A DNA stretch of 64,000 nucleotides from Nageia nagi (Eukaryota; Plantae; Pinophyta). This document shows, in pieces, positions 26,501 to 39,049 of the stretch; the first letter of the stretch is position 1; each line of letters begins with the position of its first letter. Both the position numbers and the translations under genes were made by a program. Location of the stretch: the NCBI GenBank assembly GCA_050084985.1, contig JBITNC010000001.1, positions 115,568,001 to 115,632,000 of the forward strand, in the 5' to 3' direction. The notes beneath the pieces were generated by a model. The model saw only the letters and a list, made by a program, of their open reading frames with translations, was not told where the DNA came from and did not search any database.

Positions 26501-28259
26501 CTCATGAGCTAAATTATGCATCTCATGATCTTGAATTGGTAGCCATAGTTCATGCACTTTAGATGTGGAGACACTATCTTCTTGGGAAGCCCTTAAAACT
26601 TGAAATAAGTCATCAAAGTCTAAAGTATTTATTAACTTAGCTATATTTAAATGCTATATAAAGATGATGGATAGAATTCCTAATTTTATATGATTATAGC
26701 ATTGATTATATTAAAGTAAAGGCTAATGAGGTAGCAAATGCTTTGATTCATAGACAACATGTCAATGCCATGATAATAATTCAATTTAATTTGTTTGACT
26801 AGGTGAAAGTTTTGCAATAAGCAAACTCGTACTACAAATTTATTTAGGAATTGATAGAGAAGGGTACCCTATTATTCAAACATTTGATGAAAAAAGAAGG
26901 GATTCTTTAATTGAAGTATAGATTAGTCATTCCTAAGAAGGGAAATTTAATAAGTTTTATCATGTAATAACCCCAACATCCCCTGTATGTAGCACATCTC
27001 AAAGGTATAAAGATTAGAGAAAACCTAAAAAGAAAATTTTATTAGGATGGCATGAAAAGGGATATAGCAAATTTTATGGCATGATGTTTATAATGTCAAA
27101 AAGTGAAGGTGGAACATTAGTATCTAGGTGGATATTTTTATCCATGTGATTTCCCTACACATAAATGGTAGGTAATTTCGATACATTTTATTATTGGTTT
27201 GTTAAAAACTAAGTTCCATGATGACTCAATTTTTGTAATGGTTGATAAATTGACCAAGGTAGCACATTTTATACCTGGAAACACCAATGATGATACCCTT
27301 ATAGTGGAAAATAATGTTTCCCATAAAAGCTTCATTTCACATGGATTTCATGATGTGATCATCTAAAATAGGGATTCAAATTTTACCTCCATCTTTTGGA
27401 AGTTGTTGCATAAGGTTGTGGTAAAAACATTGAACATGATTTCAGCATATCATCCAAAAAAAGATGGGTAGATAGAATGAGTGAATAGAGTTCTTAAGGA
27501 TATGCTCAAAATGTACTACATGGAATAGAAGACTAAATGGGAAGACTACCTCTACTTTATAGAATTTCACTATAATAATGGGTACCATTCATCCTTGTGA
27601 TTGGCCCCTTTAAAGGATTTTTGTGGAAGGATATGCAGGACTCCTTTATCTTGGGATAAATATCAAAAAAGTGGAGCAACATCTTAATTCTATTTGATGA
27701 AAGCTCAAGGAAGCTTTTGATTGACAAAAGAGTTATGCTGATCTTAAGAGAGCACCTCAAGAATTTATTGTTAGTAATAAAGTATTTTTACAAGTATGAT
27801 CCAAGAAAAGTGCCATAAAGTCTACCAAATTAGATCCATAGTTTCTTGGGCCTTTTGAAATAGACAAAAAGTAGAGTCCAGTTGCCTACAAACTTGCTTT
27901 ACCACCAAGTTTGTCAAATATGCATGATGTCTTTCATGTTTCTCTTTTGAGAAAATATATTTATAAACCATCTCATGTGTTTGATTTTTATGATTTGCAG
28001 ATGTCAAACCCTCATGCTATTGAATTTCTCCCTATTAGAATCCTAGCTTTTAGAACTAGGAAATTAAGAAGTTGTGATATTAATGAATGTCTAGTCCAAT
28101 GGAAAAAGTATTCTAAATCATCTTCCACTTGGGAAGATGGATCTACCATAAGAAAATAATTTCCTCATCTGTTTGAATGATTATGTAAAATATTATTAAA
28201 ACTTTATAGTTTGTATTGAAGAACATAGGGGAATGTATTTCTTTCTAAGGGGGGTAGTA
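23505..28259 (+). mobile_element. Tekay-like internal region, array unit 3 (most complete copy, ~4.75 kb)
   Basis: PBS at 23506-23517; zinc knuckle CWNCGGVHYANYYP at ~24801; RT 25508-26211 ([24 protein letters not shown]); chromodomain 27911-28159 (CLVQWKKYSKSSSTWED); PPT ends at 28259. Confidence 0.95.
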
Positions 28260-31200
28260 TGTAATGACCTGTCCAATTACACTTATTAAGACTCCAAATC
28301 GTTGAGAATTTGAATATGATTAAGATTTAATTATATTGCGAGATGAGTAATTTTGGGTAAATAAATGCATTATTTATGTAGATTTGATGTTGGATTCCAT
28401 ATTTTATAACATAGGTTATAGGTTGACTCGATATGGAGAGTCAGGTTAAACATCTAAGGGACCAAGGGTGAGTTGCTTATGGGAATAGATTGGTAAGAGT
28501 GAGGAAATGATTGGTAGTAATTCATTAAAAACTACTAAGACCTTCATAAATTATATAGATTCATATATATCATAATTATGGTGCATAATACTTTATTTCA
28601 ATGATATTTTTGTATTTATGTGTGTACTAACAAATCTACCTTGCAGGGTGAGTGGTCTCCATAGGTAAAGATGTGCATAAAAAAAGACATTAATTTTGTA
28701 ATTTTCACTAGAAATAAATTAACTATTTGCAAATAATATTCCAATTATTTGAATTCAAATTTTAACCAAGGAATATTGGTGAAAGTTAGTAAAAATAAAA
28801 ATTAGGGGCTAAAAGAATTATTTATCTTGTACTGGTGGTTGCAAGGTTATTTTGGCATCTTGCAAAAATAATTGAATTATCTACCCAACACAAATTGTTT
28901 GCTCTTACTAGGTGTAAAATGATTGATTAAATTTGTTTTGTTCTTTATGGAAGGTGTGTAATATTTTGGAGGATATAGGAATATGGCCCAAACCCTCTCA
29001 CAAAAAAATAAAATCCGTACACCTTACATGTAGAGTAGATGAATTGGAAAAATAGTATTTGTTTTGGATGTTTCCTACTACCCTTAGACTATAAATATAT
29101 AAGTGGGTGAAAATTGGAAACACATTGGACACTTCTCTTTTTTGTCAAAATTGATCTAGGAGGACATGAAGATAGGAATCTTCTTCTTTCAAGTTCAAGT
29201 GACCCACATAGCATTTTAGATACTAATTTTAAAATGCTAAAATGATAGCCAAGTATTTTAATTTTAGTTAATAGCTTTTATAGTATATGTGAAGAGTTGT
29301 TATAATATTATTGAAGAATTTGGTTCCTAGTAGTTTTAGATTAGTTGTGCTTTGAAAAGCCTATCAACTATTTCTTTGCATGTGACTATTGGTACACTTT
29401 GTCTATTTGTAATTCAATAAGAGCAATTTTTTTATTTTAAACTAATTATTGTGTGTATATGGCAATTCATGGGTCTTGCATTATGTGATAGGCCAAATAA
29501 AAATAAATAAAGAAAAAGGGTATAGATATGACTAGTCTATGACTTCATGTATAGACCCTTTTTGAAAACTGAAAATTAATGCAATGAATAGTAGATTTTA
29601 ATGTTACAAACTTTTCAATTTGATGAGATAATTTGTTCAAACATGTTTTGTACCTATTTTGGGCCTATCACTTCTCGAATGATTGATATATGAGGCTGCA
29701 TTTCAGTAAGAAGTCTATCAACCATTTGCCATTTGTCTACGAATAATGAGTATACTTGATAAAGCCTTTATCAAAAATAATTCATGGACCCTTATAATGT
29801 ATTCATTTTGTGCATAGCGAAAACATTTGCAGGCGTATCCAATAGAGCTATGTGCATGAGAGGAAACATTCTTGACAAGCTTCCTTCACTTGTGTATCGA
29901 ATCATATTAATCAGTATGATACCTTAAGCAATATTTTAAAATGGCATTTTATTAAACAAATCATGGTTCTACTCCACAAATTTAGAATAGTTTATCAATT
30001 CATTCAAACAACACTCTCAATGCATCTAGTTTTTAGTAAATCTTGTATTCATTGCAAGTAATGAGGTGTATGCTTATGTTATACAAAAACTTTATGAATA
30101 CTCTATGTATTTCCTATGATTTTGAAACTAGATGGATAAGGCATTCACAACCTAGCTAGTAACATACCTTGCGATCCTTGGGGTCCATAGGGCTACATTA
30201 TGAGATAGTCAAACAAATATCCAACATTCTAAATGTATCATTTAGAGGATGCCCAAACCCATCTCATTGGAATCAATGAGACTTCATAAATCATAGAGCC
30301 TCCCACTAAAAATGTGATGCATTTGATCATATTAAAAAGATTTGTTGTTGAATAATCCATGAGGTTGATTACTAGTGTGTGACTAGATTATGATGGGGCA
30401 CTCTAACAAATAACTAATAACCTATCTTTTATTGTATTTAAACACATTCGATAAGAGTTTACAATGAGTAAAATAAGGTTCCTTTTATTTAAGTATTAAG
30501 TATTATGAATTACTTTTTAAATTAATGATTGATGACCATGATTGAAGTAAGGGTGTACTAGTTCCTATTATTTGATAGAAAATATGTCAAATTATTTGAT
30601 TTTGTTTTTGCAAGGAATATGATTGAAATACTACTCTAAAATCGAGAAAGAGAGTTCATTTTAGAGGGAACATAAAACCTCTTGAGATCCTTAAAAAAGG
30701 GGAATTTGAGCTTGTTGAAATGGATTATGATGCATTTAGAGTAATAAGCATTTTGTTCAAAAGGTTTTCCTAATCCTCAATACTCATATGCCATTCCTAG
30801 TACTCAAGATCAATGAACCCTGGATCCTTCAAAGATTTTGAGAGATGAAGATGGCAAGGAGTTACGACAAATATGTTATGATAATTATTAAATACCTCTA
30901 TATGGACATGTTATAATTTTTGTACATTATAATAGAATATGATGTAATTAAGGATCTCACTTCTCATAGTGTACAAATTAGGGTTACCCTACATTTTATA
31001 AGATTTAAACCCTAATGTATGAAAATAGGGTTGAGATGAATATATTTATATCCATAAAGAAAGCCTCTAGATTATATGTAAATCTAATGATCTAAAATGT
31101 GTATTTGTTGTATCAATTTTAAATGTTTATATATATACATATTTGGAATAAAACATTAGAATTTGAATCAAAGAAAGATTTGTCCTATCATTTAGCTAAT

Positions 31201-33004
31201 TCAAGGAAGTATTGCTATGCTCGTAAGGAATGACTATCAAAATAGGGTATGAAATAAAGTCATAGCTATGAATGTAATTATGAGTATAATTTGAATGTCA
31301 TTAAAGAAAATTTAAGCTAGGGATGTAACTCATATTATGTAGAGTGACTCAAGAAGAAATGATATCCAATATGAAGATGGATAATAAATAGGATAACACC
31401 ATGGGTCCTTAGACACTTGTAAATGGATCAAGTAGAATAGCCTAGTGTTAATATGATATAATTTAGAGGAACATATATAATGAATGGAAAAAGATAAATT
31501 CTTGATTACCCATAGTAAGTGTTACGTACTAGTAGGATGGAGGGATAAAACTTATGACATGGTTGGAATTCATAATGTAGCAGACATGTTCCTAAGAATA
31601 ATCACTTCAAGCAATTATAAAATAAACTTTATATGTCCATAACCCCATAAAATGAATAATTATCTTAAAGAATATTAATTAGCTCAAATGATGAGGTTTG
31701 AATGCAATCCTTGAGGATGACCTACATTAGGTGATAAACCCTAGAAAGGTAATAAGAACTTCATTATTGGAATAACTCTACAAGGATAGAATTTATGGGT
31801 TATCTCAATGATGAGGACAAATTCATAGAAAGTTCATTTCTTATTAGGAGAAATCACTAACAACATACAAAGAATATTCTATAAGTACGGACCACTCTAC
31901 ATCGTACTTCCTTATTAGAAGTAGTTGACTTTAATATTAACTCAAGACTTTTTATTAGTTTCTAGCACATGAGACTTTTATAAATAAATACTTTATATGT
32001 CACAACATGCGTATGGGGCAATTATAGTACTTTTGGATATTCTTAGTGACTTCTTGAACAAGTTTGATTTGAAGCTTCTTGCATACACTTATAAATTTAT
32101 TTTAAATGTGAATGATGGTTTGTTTACCATGATTTATATTAAAGTAACATCTTAATTATTTATATAAGTATAAGACCTATAAACCCTAGTAATTGATTCA
32201 AGATTAATTATTTCTAGAATTGATAGGACATGGGGTGGTTTTATTTTATCATCTTACTTTAACTTATTAGACTTTACAAACCACTTAAGGGTATTTTCCC
32301 ACTACCCATGAAAACCCAAGATATGGGCACATGGATGCTAGACTATAGGGTTAGCCTAGCTGATGGATATGGGTAGGCTAGTGTCTCATATCCTCGATAG
32401 GGTGTCAGATGAGGATAACAATCAATAAAACTATGGTTACCAAATTAGGGTAATTAGTATTCATACTACTCGCATTAGAAAATTGGAGTATGATGACTAT
32501 TCCATAGGTGATGATGCTTACCTGCTCATAGAAAGTTTTCCAAGGGTAATCTATCTACTCATATGAATCAAAAGGTTATCATTGGAAGATGATGCATAAC
32601 CTAGCAGATAAGCATTCTCTCAAGTAATATAAGGCTCGAGTAGGAAACCACTACACTGTGACCTTAATGTCTATTACCAATTTTATGAGAAGAAATGGTG
32701 GGGTCACTTATGATGCATATCCCAATGAGATATGCTTTGTATGATGAACACCAAAAGGAATTTATTTAGGGTTTGCTAATCCAGATTTGGCCAATCTTAC
32801 CATGTGAGTCTTAATTAGGTAGCAACATTTATATGCTCATATGGATAACCTTGTCCATTCTTAGATCATTCAAGTGATTAAAATAATCAAGAAATAGGTG
32901 GTAGCATTACATGTTATGGATCACCTTGTCCATTCTAAAATTTCAAGTTTTGTGATGTAGGGAAAAGGTGTAAATGTTATCAAGAAATAGGTAATAGCAT
33001 TACA
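28260..33004 (+). repeat. Terminal 3' LTR of the array (~4.75 kb)
   Basis: TGTAAT...GCATTACA. No PBS follows, and homology to LTR 1 and LTR 2 stops here. Right flank is TGTTA. Confidence 0.88.
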
Positions 33005-34220
33005 TGTTATTATTATGATTTATCCTTAATATTCTAAATAAATACTTTCATAGGTTAAATAATAGTAACAAACACCTCTAAATATCCAATATACTAACAA
33101 TAGGGTAGATGCAATATGATATCACCATTGGGTACTACTTTTACAACATGTTATGCCTCTTGCAATGAACTTTGACTTTAAAAAGTTGTTGGATAAATTG
33201 GAATAAGGTGGTCACCTTGTGATTTTGTACTATAGTAGATGGATTCCATGAGAGTATGCAACTTGGAACAAAAGAACTAGATCAAATCTCTTTGAGCCAG
33301 CATATCTCCTACCAATTTGATGGTTAACTCATGCATATAGGCTTGTCTAATGATTTGCCAATCGTTATTGGAATAGGTTGTTGATCGGAGGCTAGCCTTT
33401 GCCATGTTAGTAAGCAGGTTAATGTTTAGATGGTTTTTGGGCCTAGTGTGGGCGACAACATCAATGGCTCCTCTTAAGCAATATCTAGGGATCAAAATTG
33501 ATAGGTGGGTCAACTTTCTAAATGAAAAGTTAATTTTGCATTCTTCTGTTCACTATTGATAGGGAAATTTTGTTTAGTATTTCAATTGAAATTTTTTAGT
33601 CATGATATCCAATAAATTTTTCATAATAAAAAACTTAAATACACAAGTAGATAGTAGGTTTTTGAGAGGTCATGGAGAGTTAATAAAGGTACTAAGTGAA
33701 GACAATTTTGGTGGGTTCATGGATACCTAGTTTTGAGTTGCATTATTATTTCTACAACTATTTAATCCCAATAAAAATTAGATCAATTTCATATATTGCT
33801 AAAACCTTTTTATACACCAATTCTTTAAAAATAAAAATCATCGAATAACAAAAACCAACTCAAAATCCTTCAATTATAGAAGCCATCGATTAAATTTGAA
33901 CTAAAACCCATTTAAGTTAACACAAAACCATATTATTTTATAAATATAAGTAAAGATGTTATTCACAATTTGAAATTGATCATCAATTAGATACTTACTT
34001 ATCTCCTAGTATAAAGCTAGCCAACACATGATGACCAATGAGAGATTTATATAAAAAATAAATGAAGAGTACTAAAATGTAAAGACACCTTTGGATTGAT
34101 TTTTTTTATTATTTCAACTATTTACTTGAAAACAAAAATATGAGAGTGCAAAAAGACCTTACTACATTGTATTATTAATAGATAGTTGTATGTGGATAAC
34201 CAAGTGTCTATGGTTGATCA

Positions 34221-35475
34221 TCATTTAGGGAGAGCAAGTAGAGGAATTTTCTTGGGTGCAGTCAATCTGAAGGACTCTTCCATATTCAACTCAAATGCCT
34301 TCCATTGAATACTCCAATCCAAGAATGCAACAATTAAGCAAGTGTAACTCTACTACAACAAGCCTATGCAACATCCCCAGACTTCCTATTCCTCATATAC
34401 CAAATGGACATAGTTTGAAATCTTTCCCCCTCACATCCATGCTTTTACATTAGGTAGTCAAATTCGTCAACTTGTTTACTTGATATTCAAAATCCTTCAA
34501 ACATGAAACCTAGCGAATAAATTTGATGAATTTAAACCCTAAATTTGACTTAAAAATCCTAACTCTAACCTCATTGAAATATGCATGAAAAATAGAGAAA
34601 AAATACTAATAAAAACATGGATTAGTGCATGTTAAAACCCTAGTTTGTGCATGTTTCTCTCCATCATTCCATCAAAAACAACACAAGCATTGATGAGGAT
34701 ATTGTACTTAATATGCTGATGGAAAATACATTGTGAAGCTAGACCCTACCATTATTTCTAGTTCAATCCCAACATTATTCTTCAATAGAGAGGGATAGTA
34801 AATCCTGGGGGATAGAAGTAGGGAAAATGAAGATCGTAAATCATGTGCTTCAAATTTATGTAATTTCAATATAATTTTCTTATTTATTTTTAAATTTAGT
34901 TTAATCCTTTTTTTTTTAATTTGAAGTTTAGTTTTTTAAAATTTGGAGTTTAAATTATTTTTGAATATAATTTTGATGTTATTTTTTGGTAAATTTATTC
35001 TTATTAACGTTTATATATTATTATTTAATATATATATATATAAAATTTATTTTTTTAGTATTATTTTGATTTTATATTCTCTCTTGAAATTAATTTTAAT
35101 TTTATTTCAAATTTTTTAGCATGTTGAATTTCATTCGAACTTTAATGGTGCCCAATGTGAGCTTGAACTTTACTAATAAATCTCTCAGGTCTGAACTTGT
35201 AAGGATCTTTCCAAACACTCTTGTCTCTTTCCATTTCTCAAATATTCACAATCAATCTTGTTTCTCGAGGAATAGTGTACTCATGCACACTGCAAACCTC
35301 ACTGGGTACATGAGAACCCAACTATGGATCAATTGCATGCTATCTGAAGGTCTCCTTCACTATGCATTTCAAATATTCCAACCCAGCCATATCAGACTCC
35401 TTTCAAGTGCGACCTCTACCCACTGTTGATTCGATTTCTAGTTGTACGTTGGCCAGAATATGTGGATGACTTCTG
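34221..35475 (-). pseudogene. Cytochrome P450 (CYP71 clan, CYP750/CYP736-like) C-terminal pseudogene fragment, interrupted by an insertion
   Basis: Manual minus-strand translation: HPHILANVQLEIESTVGRGRT, KESDMAGLEYLKCIVKETFR (ExxR), RLIVNI*EMERDKSVWKDPYKFRPERF (PERF), then MDVRGKDFKLCPFGI*GIGSLGM (decayed haem loop), LLH.DWSI..ELNMEESFRLTAPKKIPLLALPK. Several stops and frameshifts. Confidence 0.9.
34449..35168. mobile_element. ~720-bp AT-rich insertion in the P450, probably a non-autonomous DNA transposon
   Basis: Removing it and one TTTAC copy (34444-34448, 35169-35173) restores ..PERFISKSMDVRG. Imperfect inverted ends CATTAGGTAGTCAAATTCG / CGAACTTTAATGGTGCCCAATG. Confidence 0.65.
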
Positions 35476-35509
35476 TTTTTTATATAAATTTTTTTCTGTT
35501 GAATAGGCT

Positions 35510-35560
35510 CCAACACATCCACACGCAAGAGTATGTCGTCCCAAGATCGATCCTGATTAT
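35510..35560 (-). pseudogene. Hsp70 N-terminal fragment (phosphate-1 motif)
   Basis: 35560-35522 translates to IIRIDLGTTYSCV, matching the Hsp70 signature (A/V)IGIDLGTTYSCVG. No further Hsp70 sequence follows. Confidence 0.7.
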
Positions 35561-37379
35561 CAAACAAAATAGTTGCTTTGAAACGGAGTAGAACAAGGGC
35601 AACAGAAGAGTGGCGGTGATAGAGGCATTCATTTTTTATTTCAAATTTTAGAGTACTAGGAATTAGGTGTGAATTCAAATGCAAAAGGAACTGGGAATTG
35701 GAAATTTGAACTCAACATCGCTTGACCAGCTAATCAAATTCCATCACTGCTCTCAAGGTTTCCAGGGTGACAAGTGTTGGTTCTAACATTTATGAATAAA
35801 TTATTAAAAAAATTATTACTGTTAATTTTTTCTTCCACCTTTCTTTTTAAAAAATAAAATAAAAATTATGCTTCGCTTTTGATGGGTAAATTAAAATTTG
35901 TTTTACCAAATGATAAATTGTTTTTCCACCTCCTTGTTATTGATGTGAAAGAGGGCCTCTGATGGTTATTGACAGGGTCAAATTTGACCCCTGATTTGTT
36001 ACATGTGATTCTTCACGATGTCATATACTTCACTAGACTTCTTTGATCATCGATGGATTCATAGTTGTCAGCTGACATTTCACTTATGAACCTGCCAAAC
36101 TCAGGAACTCATCCCAATAGAAATATTCCATTTTAGTAATGTTACTTAGATTATCGCGAACTTGAACGGACGCCACCATGGCCCTAGGGTCCCACCATGG
36201 GATTTTAAATAGTTTAATCTTTTTATTTGAAAAAGAATAATCTTTACCTATTATTTTTTAAAACAATGAGGAGTGATAAAATATAAACTGTAGATTCATT
36301 TTTGTTGCTATTCGAAATATCGGGGATCTCGGCACATAAATATAGAAAAATAAGTACTTTATTTTTTTTACCTTTTTTAATGCATCCAAAAATCTATTCA
36401 TATCAATAAGAAAAAAATGGGTCCAAGCTAACATTTAAAAAAAACTTGAAAATATTACAAGTGTTCATCAAAATCTCTAAGTGATTAATTTTTCAAGAAT
36501 TATTTTAACAAGATGTATGGTATATATATAGTTTTATGATATGTAATAATTGAAGGATACATATAAAATTGATTTTATAATAAGGTCCGAGAGACTTTAT
36601 TGCAAACATATGTGAGATTTACACAACTTTTCCTCTAGTGAATAATTAACCTTAAGTAATTTAAGATTACTCAAAATATTAGTAATTGTCTACATAATTT
36701 GAATTTAATTAAACAATATAATCTAATCTAGATTTTCATTAACATAATATGAAGTCATTAAATGAGTATTTATGAATTCTACCATCTAACTTCCACAATT
36801 CGAAAATGTAATGTTCAACATTATTTATAATGCACTTTATTAAATTTGAATTTTTACATTTTCTGATTCTATGCAAAATGATTAAAGAGAATCCAAAATT
36901 ATTATAAATATACATGTAATAATAGAGTAATAAAATATTGGTCACAAGTTATCTTATCATCTCTATATGCTCATGTGTTTATTCTCAAGGTATACCACTA
37001 TATTTGGGTACATAAAATGCAAGTTTCTATATGATAATGATTTATGTACTTCATGCAAAATGAAATGCTTTTCATTATGATAGGTATGAAATGCAAATAC
37101 AAAAATTGCCTTGATGTATTAATAATGGAGGATCCAGGTTTCCATTACCATGAACCGGTAATGGTAACCTACCAAAAATCAATTCTATGGTTACCTCAGT
37201 GAATTGCCTTGACTCTTAATAGGTTTATAAAGCATACATATAGAAAGAAACCTACTAGAGTGAGAGAGAAGTTTCAACATCTTAAAACCCTCATAAATCA
37301 TACCACAAATAGACATTATTTGATTTTAGAGCTTGAAAAATTAGACAAGCATCACATAAAATGAGTGCTAAACATTATG

Positions 37380-37880
37380 TTAAAATGCCCCATAAAATTA
37401 TAGTCATGATTAGGGTATCTTACTCAAGGATAACCATGTGATACCCCTAACATAATCACATTCATTACTATAGAAAAGTTTTCATAAGAATGTTAAATCT
37501 CTAGATAAATTCATAATCATACTTAAGGTATTTTACATGAGGATAGCTACATGAGATCCCCTAATAAAACCGCATTTATAATTGTAGAATATTCCCCACA
37601 ATACTAAATAATTATTGTTCAACATAATGTTAAAAAACCCTAATAAAGTTGCACTCACGATTATGGCATTTTAGTTAAGGATAACTACATGATAACCCCT
37701 AATGTTATCACATTCATAACAATAGATGGGAACCCATGAAAATAAAAATAAGCAGTGAACACAATATTTAAACCCCCATATAATAATAGTCTTGATTAGG
37801 GAATTTCACTTAAAAATAACCATGTGAGATCCCCTAACATTATCACTTTCATAACTATAGATATATCCCCACAAAAGTAA
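37380..37880. repeat. Four degenerate ~120-145 bp tandem subrepeats, probably from an LTR remnant
   Basis: The core GGATAAC(C/TA)ATG(T)GA..CCCCTAA..ATCACATTCATAACTATAGA recurs near 37430, 37540, 37680 and 37815. Confidence 0.65.
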
Positions 37881-38607
37881 ATAAAGAAGAAACTAGGGTT
37901 TATAATTGATAATCAAGGTAGCTAAACCCTCGCAAAATAACCCTTTCAAATACTACTCAAGTTAAAGTTTAAGAGGCTAGAAAGCCACTTACTCAATTGG
38001 GTGAGTACAACAATTCCATGCACTAGCTAGGATTAAGAAAAGAAGGATTTTGCTCAAACTCCACCAATGAGCTAATAAAAAATACCAATCAATTTATTGA
38101 TTTATCAAAAGTCTAAAACCTCCTAGTTGGTCCTCTACTAAAATGAAACTTATATGGGTTCCTTCAAGGGAGGATGTATCACCCTAATGACTCCACCATA
38201 TAAGGGGAAAGTAGTTGTTCATTTTTGCAAACACAAAAGAATACCAAATCCTCCACTAAATAAATTGTATGAGATCTTCTAAACACTAATGGATCTTTTT
38301 TACACATATGCTAGGGTACCTATATTCCCTCAGAGGAGTGTGAAGGTATCTTTAATGAGTGAGCATAATTCCACTCCCTTCACTTTCTTCACAACTAAGG
38401 GTTTACTTCTTATATCCCTTTACCTCTTTAAAATATTTCAAATGCAAATGAAATATTTCTCCTCTCCCATACTCTACTCTTAATGTTTGCAAAATATTAG
38501 AGATTTGAATGAAATATGCTTCATCTCCTCTCCTCCATTCATTTCTTTGGTAAATTCAAAATGCTTGATACATTTTAAGGTGCCTTCTCCTAAGATTTCA
38601 CTATGTA

Positions 38608-38609
<2 letters not shown>

Positions 38610-38640
<31 letters not shown>
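38610..38640. repeat. Poly(T) tract (31 nt)
   Basis: Read directly. Confidence 0.95.
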
Positions 38641-38645
<5 letters not shown>

Positions 38646-39049
38646 GGAATTTAAGGGTGATTGTAAACCATATCATTATTGGGTGATGAAAAATCATCCC
38701 ATAAAAATCACCCACATAATCCATTTATTTTATCCCATTCATATCCATCCATTAGTTTTTCATCTTTTTTAGGGCATTTTTTGAGTGATAGTTTTAAACT
38801 ACATCTTAGCAATTTATGGGTAAGGTTTGAAACCTCCCCATAAAAGGCACTTGTAAAACCTTAAATGTAGCTAATTTAAAATTGTCATGTTATAACCACC
38901 TCAATTTGCTTGCTTTCAAATCCATTTATGGTCTACTAATGAATTTAATAAATTATACTAGGGAAATTAGTATCTAACTCTCTAATACAAAATACTATGA
39001 CCCAAAGAGATTCATCAAAATTGTTATCATGTTTCTCACCTCATAACAA

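Noticed and set aside
34449-35168. Insertion in the P450 read as an intron
   Set aside because: The available GT/AG pairs do not restore the frame, and the position is not the conserved CYP71-clan intron site.
35121-35429. 102-aa plus-strand ORF
   Set aside because: Antisense shadow of the P450 fragment.
38610-38640. Poly(T) as a retroposon tail
   Set aside because: No TSD or SINE/LINE body could be identified next to it.
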